Sequence record: NC_052655.1
Reading direction: 5' to 3' (one strand)
Length of the DNA: 64,000 nucleotides
From: Escherichia phage alia
Shown here: positions 18,815-27,291 of the stretch, piece by piece
Layout of the letters: each line of letters starts with the position of its first letter
Position numbering within the stretch: the first letter of the stretch is position 1
Position numbers and translations under genes: made by a program
Notes under the pieces: generated by a model
What the model saw: the letters and a program-made list of their open reading frames with translations, nothing else
Told to the model about the DNA's origin: nothing
The model's database searches: none

Positions 18815-20974
18815 ATGAAACAGGCTATTTTTACTGTAACTCGAAATACGAGAGTAAATGCCAGTTCATTCAGCTATAAGACCGTCGATGGAACGGCGGT
18901 CGCTGGTAGAGATTATGTAGCTAAACAGGGAACAGTAACGTTCCCTTCTGATGCAGATTCTGCTACTGTAGTAGTTGATGTATATGAACGTCCGGCAAAC
19001 TCTTTAGATCTTTATTTTACTCTTGAGATTACTAGCATAAGTCAAAATAACATGATGATCAATGAAGAAATTCGTTGTGTTATTACGACTAATCAATCGA
19101 ATACAACCCCGCTAACTTGGCCTGTTGTGAAGTCTAGAATGTTTGATCCTAAGTTTTGGACAATAGATTCTCAATCAACAGAAAGTTGTTCTATTATCTC
19201 TAATGGTGATTCTTTCACGGCAAGAATGGTTAATAGGACAGTGGCTGGTCTTGCTGGGATTATTTGGTCAACTTACGATAAATATGATCACAAAGGATTA
19301 GGCTACCAAGAACATTCTGATTTAAGTAAAGAAAAACTTTGGTTTAAAATGGAACTTAGTCAAGGTGTTCCTGGATTAAAAGAAGAAAAATTAATGCCAT
19401 CCTTAACAGTGACACTGAAGGATGAAACAGTTCATTATGTATCTCTAAACTTTTATGCAGAAGAAGTTTCAGAGGACGGTAAAACAGCAATAATCAAATT
19501 AGATTTCTCAAATTTAAAATCTGGGCCAGAAAATGATATTGTTGTTGACACTACACAGATAGATAACATGTTCTTCTCTTTGATCTCCGCAAGGTATCAA
19601 GAAATTGAAGATGTTATACCTGTAGACAATATGGATCTTTCCTTTAAGTTTACCATACTAGAGCCTGATACTGGTTACAGTATGATGAATATGGGTAATT
19701 TAAATGTTCCGGCGCACACCATAAGAATGTGTACATCTTATGATGATATGTATAACCTAACCCCAGAGCGAGTTATTTCTAACACCTACAGATTAGGTTA
19801 TAGAGATATGATTAACCATTATAATGGTATGTCACACTATTATCAATTTAGTTGGGATGCTGGATCTAATAAATGGGCTTTGAATAGAACAGAATATTTA
19901 AACCCAGCAACAGAAGCCTGGTTTGATAATTTCCACGCTAATGCAAAAGCTATGGGCTACACAGTAATGAACTCCTTAAGTTTTGAACTTATGAGTACAG
20001 TGTGTCCTGTAGAATGGGTACAACATACTTGGAATGATGATCTGGCTGCTACAGGTTATGAGCCACCAAGTTATGTTTTATCTCCTTCAATTGATGAAGG
20101 GATGAATTATTTACAAGGTGTGATAAATAAGATAGCTTCTATATCCGCTGCCAATGATCTTCCGGTTATTATTCAGGTTGGTGAACCGTGGTGGTGGTAT
20201 AACACAGCTACCAATCTACCGTGTATTTATGATTATACAACCAAAGTTGCATTTAATAATGAAACTGGATTATATGCACAAGATGTTGGTACAGTTAAAA
20301 ATTATAAAACTGGTACACCATATGATGAATATTATGCATTCCTATCTAAAACATTAGGACTGCGTGTTGCTAAATTTGCAACAGATACCAGATTAGCATA
20401 CCCTGGAGCGAAAGTTACATTGTTACCATTTGTACCATCCATCTTAGGTAATGGTATGATGGAGTTTGTTAACTTCCCTAAAGATTATTATATTCCAGAA
20501 AACTTTGACTTTTATTGTTCAGAATGTTATGACTGGTTGTTGGAAGGTAAGATGGAAAGATCTTTCGACGCTATCAAAATACCTAATGAGCAACTAGGTT
20601 TTAGTTACGATAAGATACATTATCTTGCAGGGTTTGTTCCAGATGCAACTCTAGCACCATTATATGGCTTTGATCCTGAATCAAACTATAGAACATATTT
20701 GTGGAAAATGATTATAGGCAATATTGTATTGAATGACCAGAAGTTTGTTGGTTTATATCAATACATATGGGCTTACCCACAAATAATGCATGATTCAATA
20801 ACTGTTCTTAATTCAAAATCCCAAGTGTTTTATATGGGTAATGTGCCTTTGAATTGCTACTTGCAAGATATCACTCTTAAACAGGTAAATGTTGAGATTG
20901 CCACTATAACTGGAATTACATTAGCCACTAAATCTGGAGAAGATTTAGTAACAACACAAAAATTTTATATATAG
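18815..20974 (+). CDS. large tail protein with N-terminal Calx-beta-like domain
   Basis: 719 aa with AAGGAA SD. N-terminal SFSYKTVDGTAVAGRDYVAKQGTVTFPSDADSATVVVDVYERP matches the Calx-beta pattern (DGTA.AG.DY...G...F). Confidence 0.55.
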   Translation: MKQAIFTVTRNTRVNASSFSYKTVDGTAVAGRDYVAKQGTVTFPSDADSATVVVDVYERPANSLDLYFTLEITSISQNNMMINEEIRCVITTNQSNTTPLTWPVVKSRMFDPKFWTIDSQSTESCSIISNGDSFTARMVNRTVAGLAGIIWSTYDKYDHKGLGYQEHSDLSKEKLWFKMELSQGVPGLKEEKLMPSLTVTLKDETVHYVSLNFYAEEVSEDGKTAIIKLDFSNLKSGPENDIVVDTTQIDNMFFSLISARYQEIEDVIPVDNMDLSFKFTILEPDTGYSMMNMGNLNVPAHTIRMCTSYDDMYNLTPERVISNTYRLGYRDMINHYNGMSHYYQFSWDAGSNKWALNRTEYLNPATEAWFDNFHANAKAMGYTVMNSLSFELMSTVCPVEWVQHTWNDDLAATGYEPPSYVLSPSIDEGMNYLQGVINKIASISAANDLPVIIQVGEPWWWYNTATNLPCIYDYTTKVAFNNETGLYAQDVGTVKNYKTGTPYDEYYAFLSKTLGLRVAKFATDTRLAYPGAKVTLLPFVPSILGNGMMEFVNFPKDYYIPENFDFYCSECYDWLLEGKMERSFDAIKIPNEQLGFSYDKIHYLAGFVPDATLAPLYGFDPESNYRTYLWKMIIGNIVLNDQKFVGLYQYIWAYPQIMHDSITVLNSKSQVFYMGNVPLNCYLQDITLKQVNVEIATITGITLATKSGEDLVTTQKFYI

Positions 20975-20982
20975 GAGTAAAA

Positions 20983-22707
20983 ATGTCAACTACAATTACT
21001 AATTTACCGGAAACATCAAAAGTTAATGGTTCTGATTACCTAGTTTTAGACCAACCTGATAAGACCGTTAAAAGCACAGTTTCCAACTTTCTTACTAACA
21101 CTGGGGTGGTTGCTGCGGGGAGTGATACACCTAGAACATTATCCGATAGATTTGCTGATGTATTTAACGTTAAAGACTTTGGTGCAATTGGTGATGGAGT
21201 TGCTGATGATACAGCAGCAATACAGATAGCTAATGATGCAGCTACAGAAGTGGGTACTACTTTGTTCTTCCCTAAAGGGGTGTATCGTTGTACTGATGGT
21301 ATCGACAAGACTTGTGAATGGGTAGGTTCAGGTGCTGCAAAAATAGGTGCTTTTCCTCTTACGGATGATAAAGTATTTATGATACCAGGAATCAAGAACA
21401 AACTACCTGGTACTTGCTTGTTATTCACTGGTGTAGGAACAAAATCTTTCTCTACAAATAGAGAAGACGAGTTCTCTAGTGTACGCTATTGTGTGTTAAA
21501 TAAGGGAAGGAAAGGGCAAGGGTTAACACCTTTCGGTAAAGACCTAGCAATAGTGTGTGATTTTAACTATAAGAATACACTAGACGGAGAAGTTACAGAT
21601 CCTACTAATGACAACTCTGCGGATTACGATGTAGGGTTGTTAATGCACAATACAGACCTATCTGGCCCATCTAATGTAACAGTCGGGGGGTATTTCAAGG
21701 TAGCAGGTACAATGCACTTTGGGCAAGACCCTGACGGGTGTACTGTATATGAATTAAGGACTATGGGAAACATTGGCCTAGCTATAGTAGGGGATGGCAC
21801 TGGCACTAATAGTGCATTTAATATGCACGGTGGTGCTATCTTTGGAAACGACCATCACAGCCGTAACGTAGAGTCCGGTGTAGAGAAGTGGGGAAAACAT
21901 GCACTATACATAGACATCCCATCTTCTGTAGGTTCTGGTTCACGTAATGGTATCTCCTTCCATGGAACATGGCTGGCAACTAAGTTAGATGTTCCAGTAA
22001 AATATGACAGATGCGGTGCTATCCAATTCTTTGGTGTGGTGTTTGAGAATGCAACACAAACAGGTAGCCAACAAGCTGGAGGTATTAAAAAACAAATTGG
22101 AACCAGTAATACAGGTGATATAGGTTTCTTTGGGTGCAGATTTAATTCAGACCAGATACGTATTTCTGGTGCTTTATTGGATACTGCGACGGAATCGACA
22201 GTGATCGTTTCTGGAAGTAATGCTGGATATGGTGTTGAATTTTGGAAAGGAAAGGTTGGAGGGCGTTTTACAGGAAGCAAAAATCAAACAAATATTCAAC
22301 TAACGGATGATCCAACAAAAACAACTAGTGGTGTGGTTCTACGTCGTGATTCTTCTGGTAATTTTAATATCTTACATAACAATGATATTAAATTTACATG
22401 CGACGGTGGGGGGATTAAGACCCACCTATCATCAACTGTAGCTACAGTTAGTGGTGGTCAGACTAATATAACTAGAAACTTGCACAAGCTAAGTGGTGGT
22501 ACTCAAGAGTTAAACACATTGAACGGTGGAGTCGAAGGGATGCGTGTTGTTTTAGTGAGAAACACATCTGCCGACACAATTACACTAAAGAATCAAACAG
22601 GTAATTTACGCATCAATGGGGACTTTACTCTAGGAGCCTTCGACACTATAGAGCTAATTTACATAGGTGGTTATTGGAATGAAATAGGACGAGTTGACAG
22701 GGCTTAA
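20983..22707 (+). CDS. tailspike protein, pectate-lyase-like beta-helix (depolymerase candidate)
   Basis: 574 aa with AGGAG SD. Motif FNVKDFGAIGDGVADDTAAIQ is typical of pectate-lyase-3 / tailspike beta-helix domains; fibre-type N-terminal anchor motif. Confidence 0.7.
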   Translation: MSTTITNLPETSKVNGSDYLVLDQPDKTVKSTVSNFLTNTGVVAAGSDTPRTLSDRFADVFNVKDFGAIGDGVADDTAAIQIANDAATEVGTTLFFPKGVYRCTDGIDKTCEWVGSGAAKIGAFPLTDDKVFMIPGIKNKLPGTCLLFTGVGTKSFSTNREDEFSSVRYCVLNKGRKGQGLTPFGKDLAIVCDFNYKNTLDGEVTDPTNDNSADYDVGLLMHNTDLSGPSNVTVGGYFKVAGTMHFGQDPDGCTVYELRTMGNIGLAIVGDGTGTNSAFNMHGGAIFGNDHHSRNVESGVEKWGKHALYIDIPSSVGSGSRNGISFHGTWLATKLDVPVKYDRCGAIQFFGVVFENATQTGSQQAGGIKKQIGTSNTGDIGFFGCRFNSDQIRISGALLDTATESTVIVSGSNAGYGVEFWKGKVGGRFTGSKNQTNIQLTDDPTKTTSGVVLRRDSSGNFNILHNNDIKFTCDGGGIKTHLSSTVATVSGGQTNITRNLHKLSGGTQELNTLNGGVEGMRVVLVRNTSADTITLKNQTGNLRINGDFTLGAFDTIELIYIGGYWNEIGRVDRA

Positions 22708-22712
22708 CTAGA

Positions 22713-22734
22713 CAGTGCGTAAGCACTGCTTTTC
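22713..22734 (+). terminator. intrinsic terminator after tailspike gene (GUAA loop)
   Basis: CAGTGC-GTAA-GCACTG stem followed by CTTTTC. Confidence 0.6.
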
Positions 22735-22829
22735 ACACAACTTTTCTTAAAGGTTATCCTAGAGATAGCCTTTCTGAATGGGTGGTATCAGAAAAGTTAT
22801 TCCATGCATCTGTTTCCCTGTAACACTAT

Positions 22830-22851
22830 CCCCTCTCTGGAGGGGTTTCTT
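22830..22851 (+). terminator. second hairpin terminator in intergenic region
   Basis: CCCCTC-TCTG-GAGGGG perfect stem followed by TTTCTT. Confidence 0.5.
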
Positions 22852-22871
22852 AGAAAAACAAAGAGGTACTT

Positions 22872-23021
22872 ATGAACGAATTATGCTCCCAAGGCGGTAT
22901 TGCCCCAGGTACTACTGCCATTAGTCTTAGTGCTGCTGTACTTGTGCATTCAGCGGGTTCTGTAGACCTTGGGGAATTAGCTGTATCTCGTGATTTAAAA
23001 AGTAATGAGAACGCACTATGA
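22872..23021 (+). CDS. small hypothetical protein (49 aa), not in ORF track
   Basis: ATG at 22872 preceded by AAAGAGG at optimal spacing; its TGA stop overlaps the next ATG (ATGA). Translation MNELCSQGGIAPGTTAISLSAAVLVHSAGSVDLGELAVSRDLKSNENAL. Confidence 0.35.
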   Translation: MNELCSQGGIAPGTTAISLSAAVLVHSAGSVDLGELAVSRDLKSNENAL

Positions 23022-23263
23022 GAAAATTTTTAATAGGTATGTTCTGTACATATCCTGATAATAAAGTCAGTTCTACTAAAGTTTGGAATGCTATTGGTAT
23101 GATTGTTATGTCCAGTATGTTTATTTATTTGGGAATTGATAAAGAAATTCCTGAATGGATGGGCTGGGCTTTTGTTTTTATGATCACACCATCCAGACTA
23201 ATGAAGAATTTAATAGATTTACGTTGGGGCAGATCACCTGCCCCTGATAAGGAGGATAACTAA
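23018..23263 (+). CDS. small membrane protein (two predicted TM segments)
   Basis: 81 aa with hydrophobic stretches AIGMIVMSSMFIYLG and WMGWAFVFMITPS; coupled to the upstream small ORF and to the downstream gene (TAATG). Confidence 0.5.
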   Translation: MRKFLIGMFCTYPDNKVSSTKVWNAIGMIVMSSMFIYLGIDKEIPEWMGWAFVFMITPSRLMKNLIDLRWGRSPAPDKEDN

Positions 23264-24750
23264 TGGCAGATTATGGTTTAACAGATGCTGGTTTTGTAAT
23301 TCCAACGTTTGATGATATTTTAAATAATTATATGACAGCATTGAAAAACACTTTCGGTGCAGATACAGCTACATCTGAAGATACTGTCTTTGGACAACTG
23401 TTCCGTATTATTGCATACACAGATTACACCCTTTGGGAAGGTATGCAAGGTGTTTACAATACCCAAACCTTAGATGGTGCAGAAGGTATTTACCTTGATG
23501 AAATTTTCTCTAAAAGGGGTTTTTATCGTAAAGCTGCTTCTGCTGGTAGTGGTTATGCTTATGTTAAATCTAACAATAAGGCAGCTTGGACTTATGAACT
23601 AAGCACAGATGTTTATTTTAATGCCGATAACGATTTGACATATTATGTCAGTGCACCAACAATGTTGAATGCTAAGATTGGAGCATATACCATTTCTAAA
23701 GCAAACGCAACAGCTTCTGGTGAAACTTCCATTACTTTCTACATTCAAAGTGCTATTGATGGTGGGCTTAACAGTAAAACACTAAGTCCTAGCAATACAA
23801 ACTTTATTGTAGATCTCACGAATTTCATTAAAGCTAACGTATCAACAACAGATCGTGCTTTAGTATGGAATGATGCTAGTAATGTTTACATGGGTTATAA
23901 TCCAGAAGATAATGTTAACCCAATCGGTCTAGTAACACCAGTGAAATTTTACGCATCTATTGCAATAGGTACAAAATGGAGTGAAATTCCAGTTACGTGT
24001 TCAGACGTTGGTTATAATCCAGTAGGTACAGAAAGTATTACAGGTATTTCTTCAACGTTTACAGGCTTTTTAGATACAGGTAACTTCTATCCGTTCTCTC
24101 CAGGTACAGATGTTGAAACAGATGCAGAATTCCGTTCTCGTTTCAATGATAATATGGATGAAGCTAATGCTGCTACTCGTGCTGCTATTGTTAAAGCTCT
24201 ACTACTGACAGATGGCGTGACAAAGGTTAAGATTTATGATAACCCTACACTACACGATCAGGAACATGCCCCAGCTATGACATTCCAGACTATTGTGTAT
24301 GGTGGTACAGCAGAAGAAGTTGCACAGGTTATTTATAATACTAAGCCTATTAACACCTTAACTTATGGTACGACAGCAATTACTATCATAACAGAAGATG
24401 GTGGTCAAGAAGTAATTCGTTTTTCTCCTGGTGATAATGCGGAATACTCACTTAAACTGGTGTATCAAACTGGCAATGGTAGTGTGTTAAGTACAACAGA
24501 AAGGGAAAATATTGTTTCTGCTCTTGCAAACTTACAGGCTTATTTTGAATTAGGGTCAACAGTAACTAACGATCAGATAAAAGGTGTAATTTATTCTGCA
24601 CTTGCGTTCGGACGCTTGACTTCTCTCCGTGTTTATGTTAAACTTAATACTGAGGATGACAGTAAATATAATGAGGGAGATATCACTCCAGCGTACAATG
24701 TTGTACCATCCTTTGACCTTGATAATATTTCCTACGAGTACGGAGTCTAA
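23263..24750 (+). CDS. putative baseplate wedge protein (J-like)
   Basis: 495 aa ORF with AAGGAGG SD, upstream of fibre and fibre-chaperone genes. Assignment by size and position. Confidence 0.45.
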   Translation: MADYGLTDAGFVIPTFDDILNNYMTALKNTFGADTATSEDTVFGQLFRIIAYTDYTLWEGMQGVYNTQTLDGAEGIYLDEIFSKRGFYRKAASAGSGYAYVKSNNKAAWTYELSTDVYFNADNDLTYYVSAPTMLNAKIGAYTISKANATASGETSITFYIQSAIDGGLNSKTLSPSNTNFIVDLTNFIKANVSTTDRALVWNDASNVYMGYNPEDNVNPIGLVTPVKFYASIAIGTKWSEIPVTCSDVGYNPVGTESITGISSTFTGFLDTGNFYPFSPGTDVETDAEFRSRFNDNMDEANAATRAAIVKALLLTDGVTKVKIYDNPTLHDQEHAPAMTFQTIVYGGTAEEVAQVIYNTKPINTLTYGTTAITIITEDGGQEVIRFSPGDNAEYSLKLVYQTGNGSVLSTTERENIVSALANLQAYFELGSTVTNDQIKGVIYSALAFGRLTSLRVYVKLNTEDDSKYNEGDITPAYNVVPSFDLDNISYEYGV

Positions 24751-24752
24751 AA

Positions 24753-25382
24753 ATGGCAGTGAGTGTTGACCATGTGACAACGTGGGATAGTATCAATGAA
24801 GATGTTAAAGACCTACTGATTGAAGATTTTAAATCTTCTCCGAACATTGTCAAACTACTCTATATCATTTCTAGCGAAAAACAAAAGATAGATCAGGCAA
24901 TGATCTATCTTGCCAAACACCGCTTAATCTCTACTGCAACTGGTAAGTATTTAGATCTTATTGGTGAAGAAATGGGGATGGAAAGAAATGGTGCTACAGA
25001 TGAAGAGTATCGTACAATATTAAAAATCAGGGCTTATCGTGTTGCGTCTTCTGGTACGCGAGATGATATCATTGATATGTTCGCTCGTTTTACAGGAACA
25101 GAAAAAGAAACGATTAATACATACGTTGGATTAAATAAAACATTCGACGTATTCTTTTATAATTTGTGTCTACAATCCGATCAGGCAGTAGCACAGTTAC
25201 TTAACGTTTTCCCGATCCTAAGCAGTTATCGCTTAGGTGCGAAAGCGGGTGCAGCCTTTGGTTTCACTTCCTATTATGCCACAAAGCCACCTCATGGTAT
25301 AGGTGGTTTAGGCTCTCTTTACACAGAGGCTGAAGGAGATGATACAGGGCGAATGACTATGCTGATAGCTCAAATAGAATAA
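24753..25382 (+). CDS. hypothetical baseplate / tail protein (gpI-like position)
   Basis: 209 aa ORF immediately after the J-like gene. Confidence 0.4.
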   Translation: MAVSVDHVTTWDSINEDVKDLLIEDFKSSPNIVKLLYIISSEKQKIDQAMIYLAKHRLISTATGKYLDLIGEEMGMERNGATDEEYRTILKIRAYRVASSGTRDDIIDMFARFTGTEKETINTYVGLNKTFDVFFYNLCLQSDQAVAQLLNVFPILSSYRLGAKAGAAFGFTSYYATKPPHGIGGLGSLYTEAEGDDTGRMTMLIAQIE

Positions 25383-25395
25383 GGAGTTACCCTTA

Positions 25396-26379
25396 ATGGC
25401 AAAGCCACAATACTACCCTGACTGGGCGACACAAACAGTAACCCTCCCAGGAACGGGAAACACAAACAAGATTAGACCAAAAGAAACCATCCGTAATGTT
25501 GGTATGGACTTTGGTCAGATTATGACTTGTGAAGAAATGAACTGGATCTTAAACAATATTGGGTCTTGGATTCGCTATATGCAAGATGAATTCTTCCCAA
25601 CATTGCCTACGACATATCTTCCTATAGTCGGTACTAAAATTACAATGGCAGGTGATGCTACAGGTGAAGTTACATGGAATGGTGATGCTGCTGTAACATT
25701 ATCTATTCAAGTAGTAGATAACAGTCATAATCACTTATCAGCTAACATTACAGACGCAACATCGAACCAAGTTGTAGGAAATGTCCTTGTTAAGCGTGAT
25801 AATGGTGGTGCTATCTATGCAGGTGATATTTACACTTGTGGTACAGGTGCTACAGATCCTGCAACATTATTTTTTAGAAACTATAATGGACAAACAGTAG
25901 GCAATATGTCTTCTGAACCAGGTGCAGGTGGTCAACTCTATATTTATAGAATAAATCCATCTACTGGAGGAACATCTTGTGGAGTCCGTTTGTATGATGC
26001 AGGTTATGTTTTAATAGACAATCCTCGTTCTAATTCTGGTCAAGATACTGGCAATGGTAATGCTCTTGTAAGATTAGACTATCTTAACTCCAGACTAAAC
26101 TCATTGCAAAGCACACTGCAAAATAATATTAACAACGTTAATAGTAACTTGCAAGGCCAAATTAATAGCATTAACAATAGAGTTTCTTCTGTTGTGTCTG
26201 CTATCCGTCTTGGAACACGTATTCAAGCTGGTGTATCTGAGTCTCGTTTCTATGCTGGTCACGTGATCACAGGTTGGGGTTTTGGTGACAAGAAAGAACT
26301 TCGTGGTGCTTGGTATTGGTCAGCCCCGCTACAATATTATATTAATGGTAGCTGGATAACAGTAACCAACGTTTCGTAA
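25396..26379 (+). CDS. tail fibre protein
   Basis: 327 aa with AAGGAG SD; central Asn/Gln/Ser-rich coiled-coil-like segment (LNSRLNSLQSTLQNNINNVNSNLQGQINSINN). Directly upstream of a tail fibre assembly chaperone gene. Confidence 0.6.
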   Translation: MAKPQYYPDWATQTVTLPGTGNTNKIRPKETIRNVGMDFGQIMTCEEMNWILNNIGSWIRYMQDEFFPTLPTTYLPIVGTKITMAGDATGEVTWNGDAAVTLSIQVVDNSHNHLSANITDATSNQVVGNVLVKRDNGGAIYAGDIYTCGTGATDPATLFFRNYNGQTVGNMSSEPGAGGQLYIYRINPSTGGTSCGVRLYDAGYVLIDNPRSNSGQDTGNGNALVRLDYLNSRLNSLQSTLQNNINNVNSNLQGQINSINNRVSSVVSAIRLGTRIQAGVSESRFYAGHVITGWGFGDKKELRGAWYWSAPLQYYINGSWITVTNVS

Positions 26380-26388
26380 GGAGAGTCT

Positions 26389-26940
26389 ATGAAAAAAGAC
26401 GTTATTTTTACAGGTTTTGAATTGTATGAACCAGAATTAACAGAAGAAAATATTCTTTATCTCTCTGTTGGTGGTGGTTTTTTGCAAGACAAAGATGGTA
26501 ACGACTGGTATCAGCTTCAAAAAACTTTGATGGTAGAATATCCCGACGCTTATTTTATTACCTTAGATGATAATAATATTGTACGTGGTGCTACTAAAGA
26601 TGTTACTACCTATTTCCCTGCCGGACAATCTATTTTAGTTACATATAATGCACCAGATAAAATAGAAGATGAAAGTAATATTGGCTCTTGGCAATATGTT
26701 GAAGGTAAATTTGTTCCTCACAATAGTCTTGCTATTGAAGATGCTACTCTTAAGTTAGAAAAGGAGTTAACTTGGGCTACGAATCAAGTGTCTGCGATTC
26801 AAGATTTAGAGGAATTACAAGGTTTATCTGAAGAACAAAAAGATTGGTTAGGAAAAGTTAAACTCTATCGTGCAACATTAATTCAAATTAACGTTGAAGA
26901 TGCACCTAATATAACTTGGCCTACAAGACCTAAGAAATAG
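26389..26940 (+). CDS. tail fibre assembly chaperone (Tfa-like)
   Basis: 183 aa; C-terminal SEEQKDWLGKVKLYRATLIQINVEDAPNITWPTRP matches the conserved Tfa C-terminal pattern (W..YR..L..VD...AP.I.WP..P). Confidence 0.65.
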   Translation: MKKDVIFTGFELYEPELTEENILYLSVGGGFLQDKDGNDWYQLQKTLMVEYPDAYFITLDDNNIVRGATKDVTTYFPAGQSILVTYNAPDKIEDESNIGSWQYVEGKFVPHNSLAIEDATLKLEKELTWATNQVSAIQDLEELQGLSEEQKDWLGKVKLYRATLIQINVEDAPNITWPTRPKK

Positions 26941-26949
26941 GGGTAATGT

Positions 26950-27291
26950 ATGGAGCTAACAGAAGTATGGGATATCGCTAAAGAGGCGATTATCCCTCTT
27001 ATTGGCGTAATCTGGGTGGTCTTCAAACAGAAGATAGATGATATGGCAAGTGATTTGGACAAAATGGAAGACAAGTACCGCGAACTAGAAAAGAAGTTGG
27101 TGTTTGTTGAATCCACTTATGCTACCAAAGCAGAACTTGCTCAAATGCTTAACCAGATCAACTCTACATTAATGGCAAATAATACTGCCTTAGAACAGAA
27201 GATTGAAAAAATAATGGATTTAAAAAATGCTCCTGTTCAATTAATGTTAGAGGAGATTACAAAGCGCACACAAAGTAAGGACAAAAATTAA
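26950..27291 (+). CDS. hypothetical protein with N-terminal TM helix and coiled coil
   Basis: 113 aa; hydrophobic AIIPLIGVIWVVF followed by a charged coiled-coil-like region. Function unknown. Confidence 0.45.
   Translation: MELTEVWDIAKEAIIPLIGVIWVVFKQKIDDMASDLDKMEDKYRELEKKLVFVESTYATKAELAQMLNQINSTLMANNTALEQKIEKIMDLKNAPVQLMLEEITKRTQSKDKN

Noticed and set aside
22736-22829. Possible tRNA gene in the tailspike-to-baseplate intergenic gap (also considered 47979-48071 and 58087-58237)
   Set aside because: No cloverleaf-compatible arm pairing or conserved T-loop (GTTCRA) was found by eye; the gaps are better explained by terminators, promoters and small ORFs. A tRNA-finding program would be needed to exclude this.
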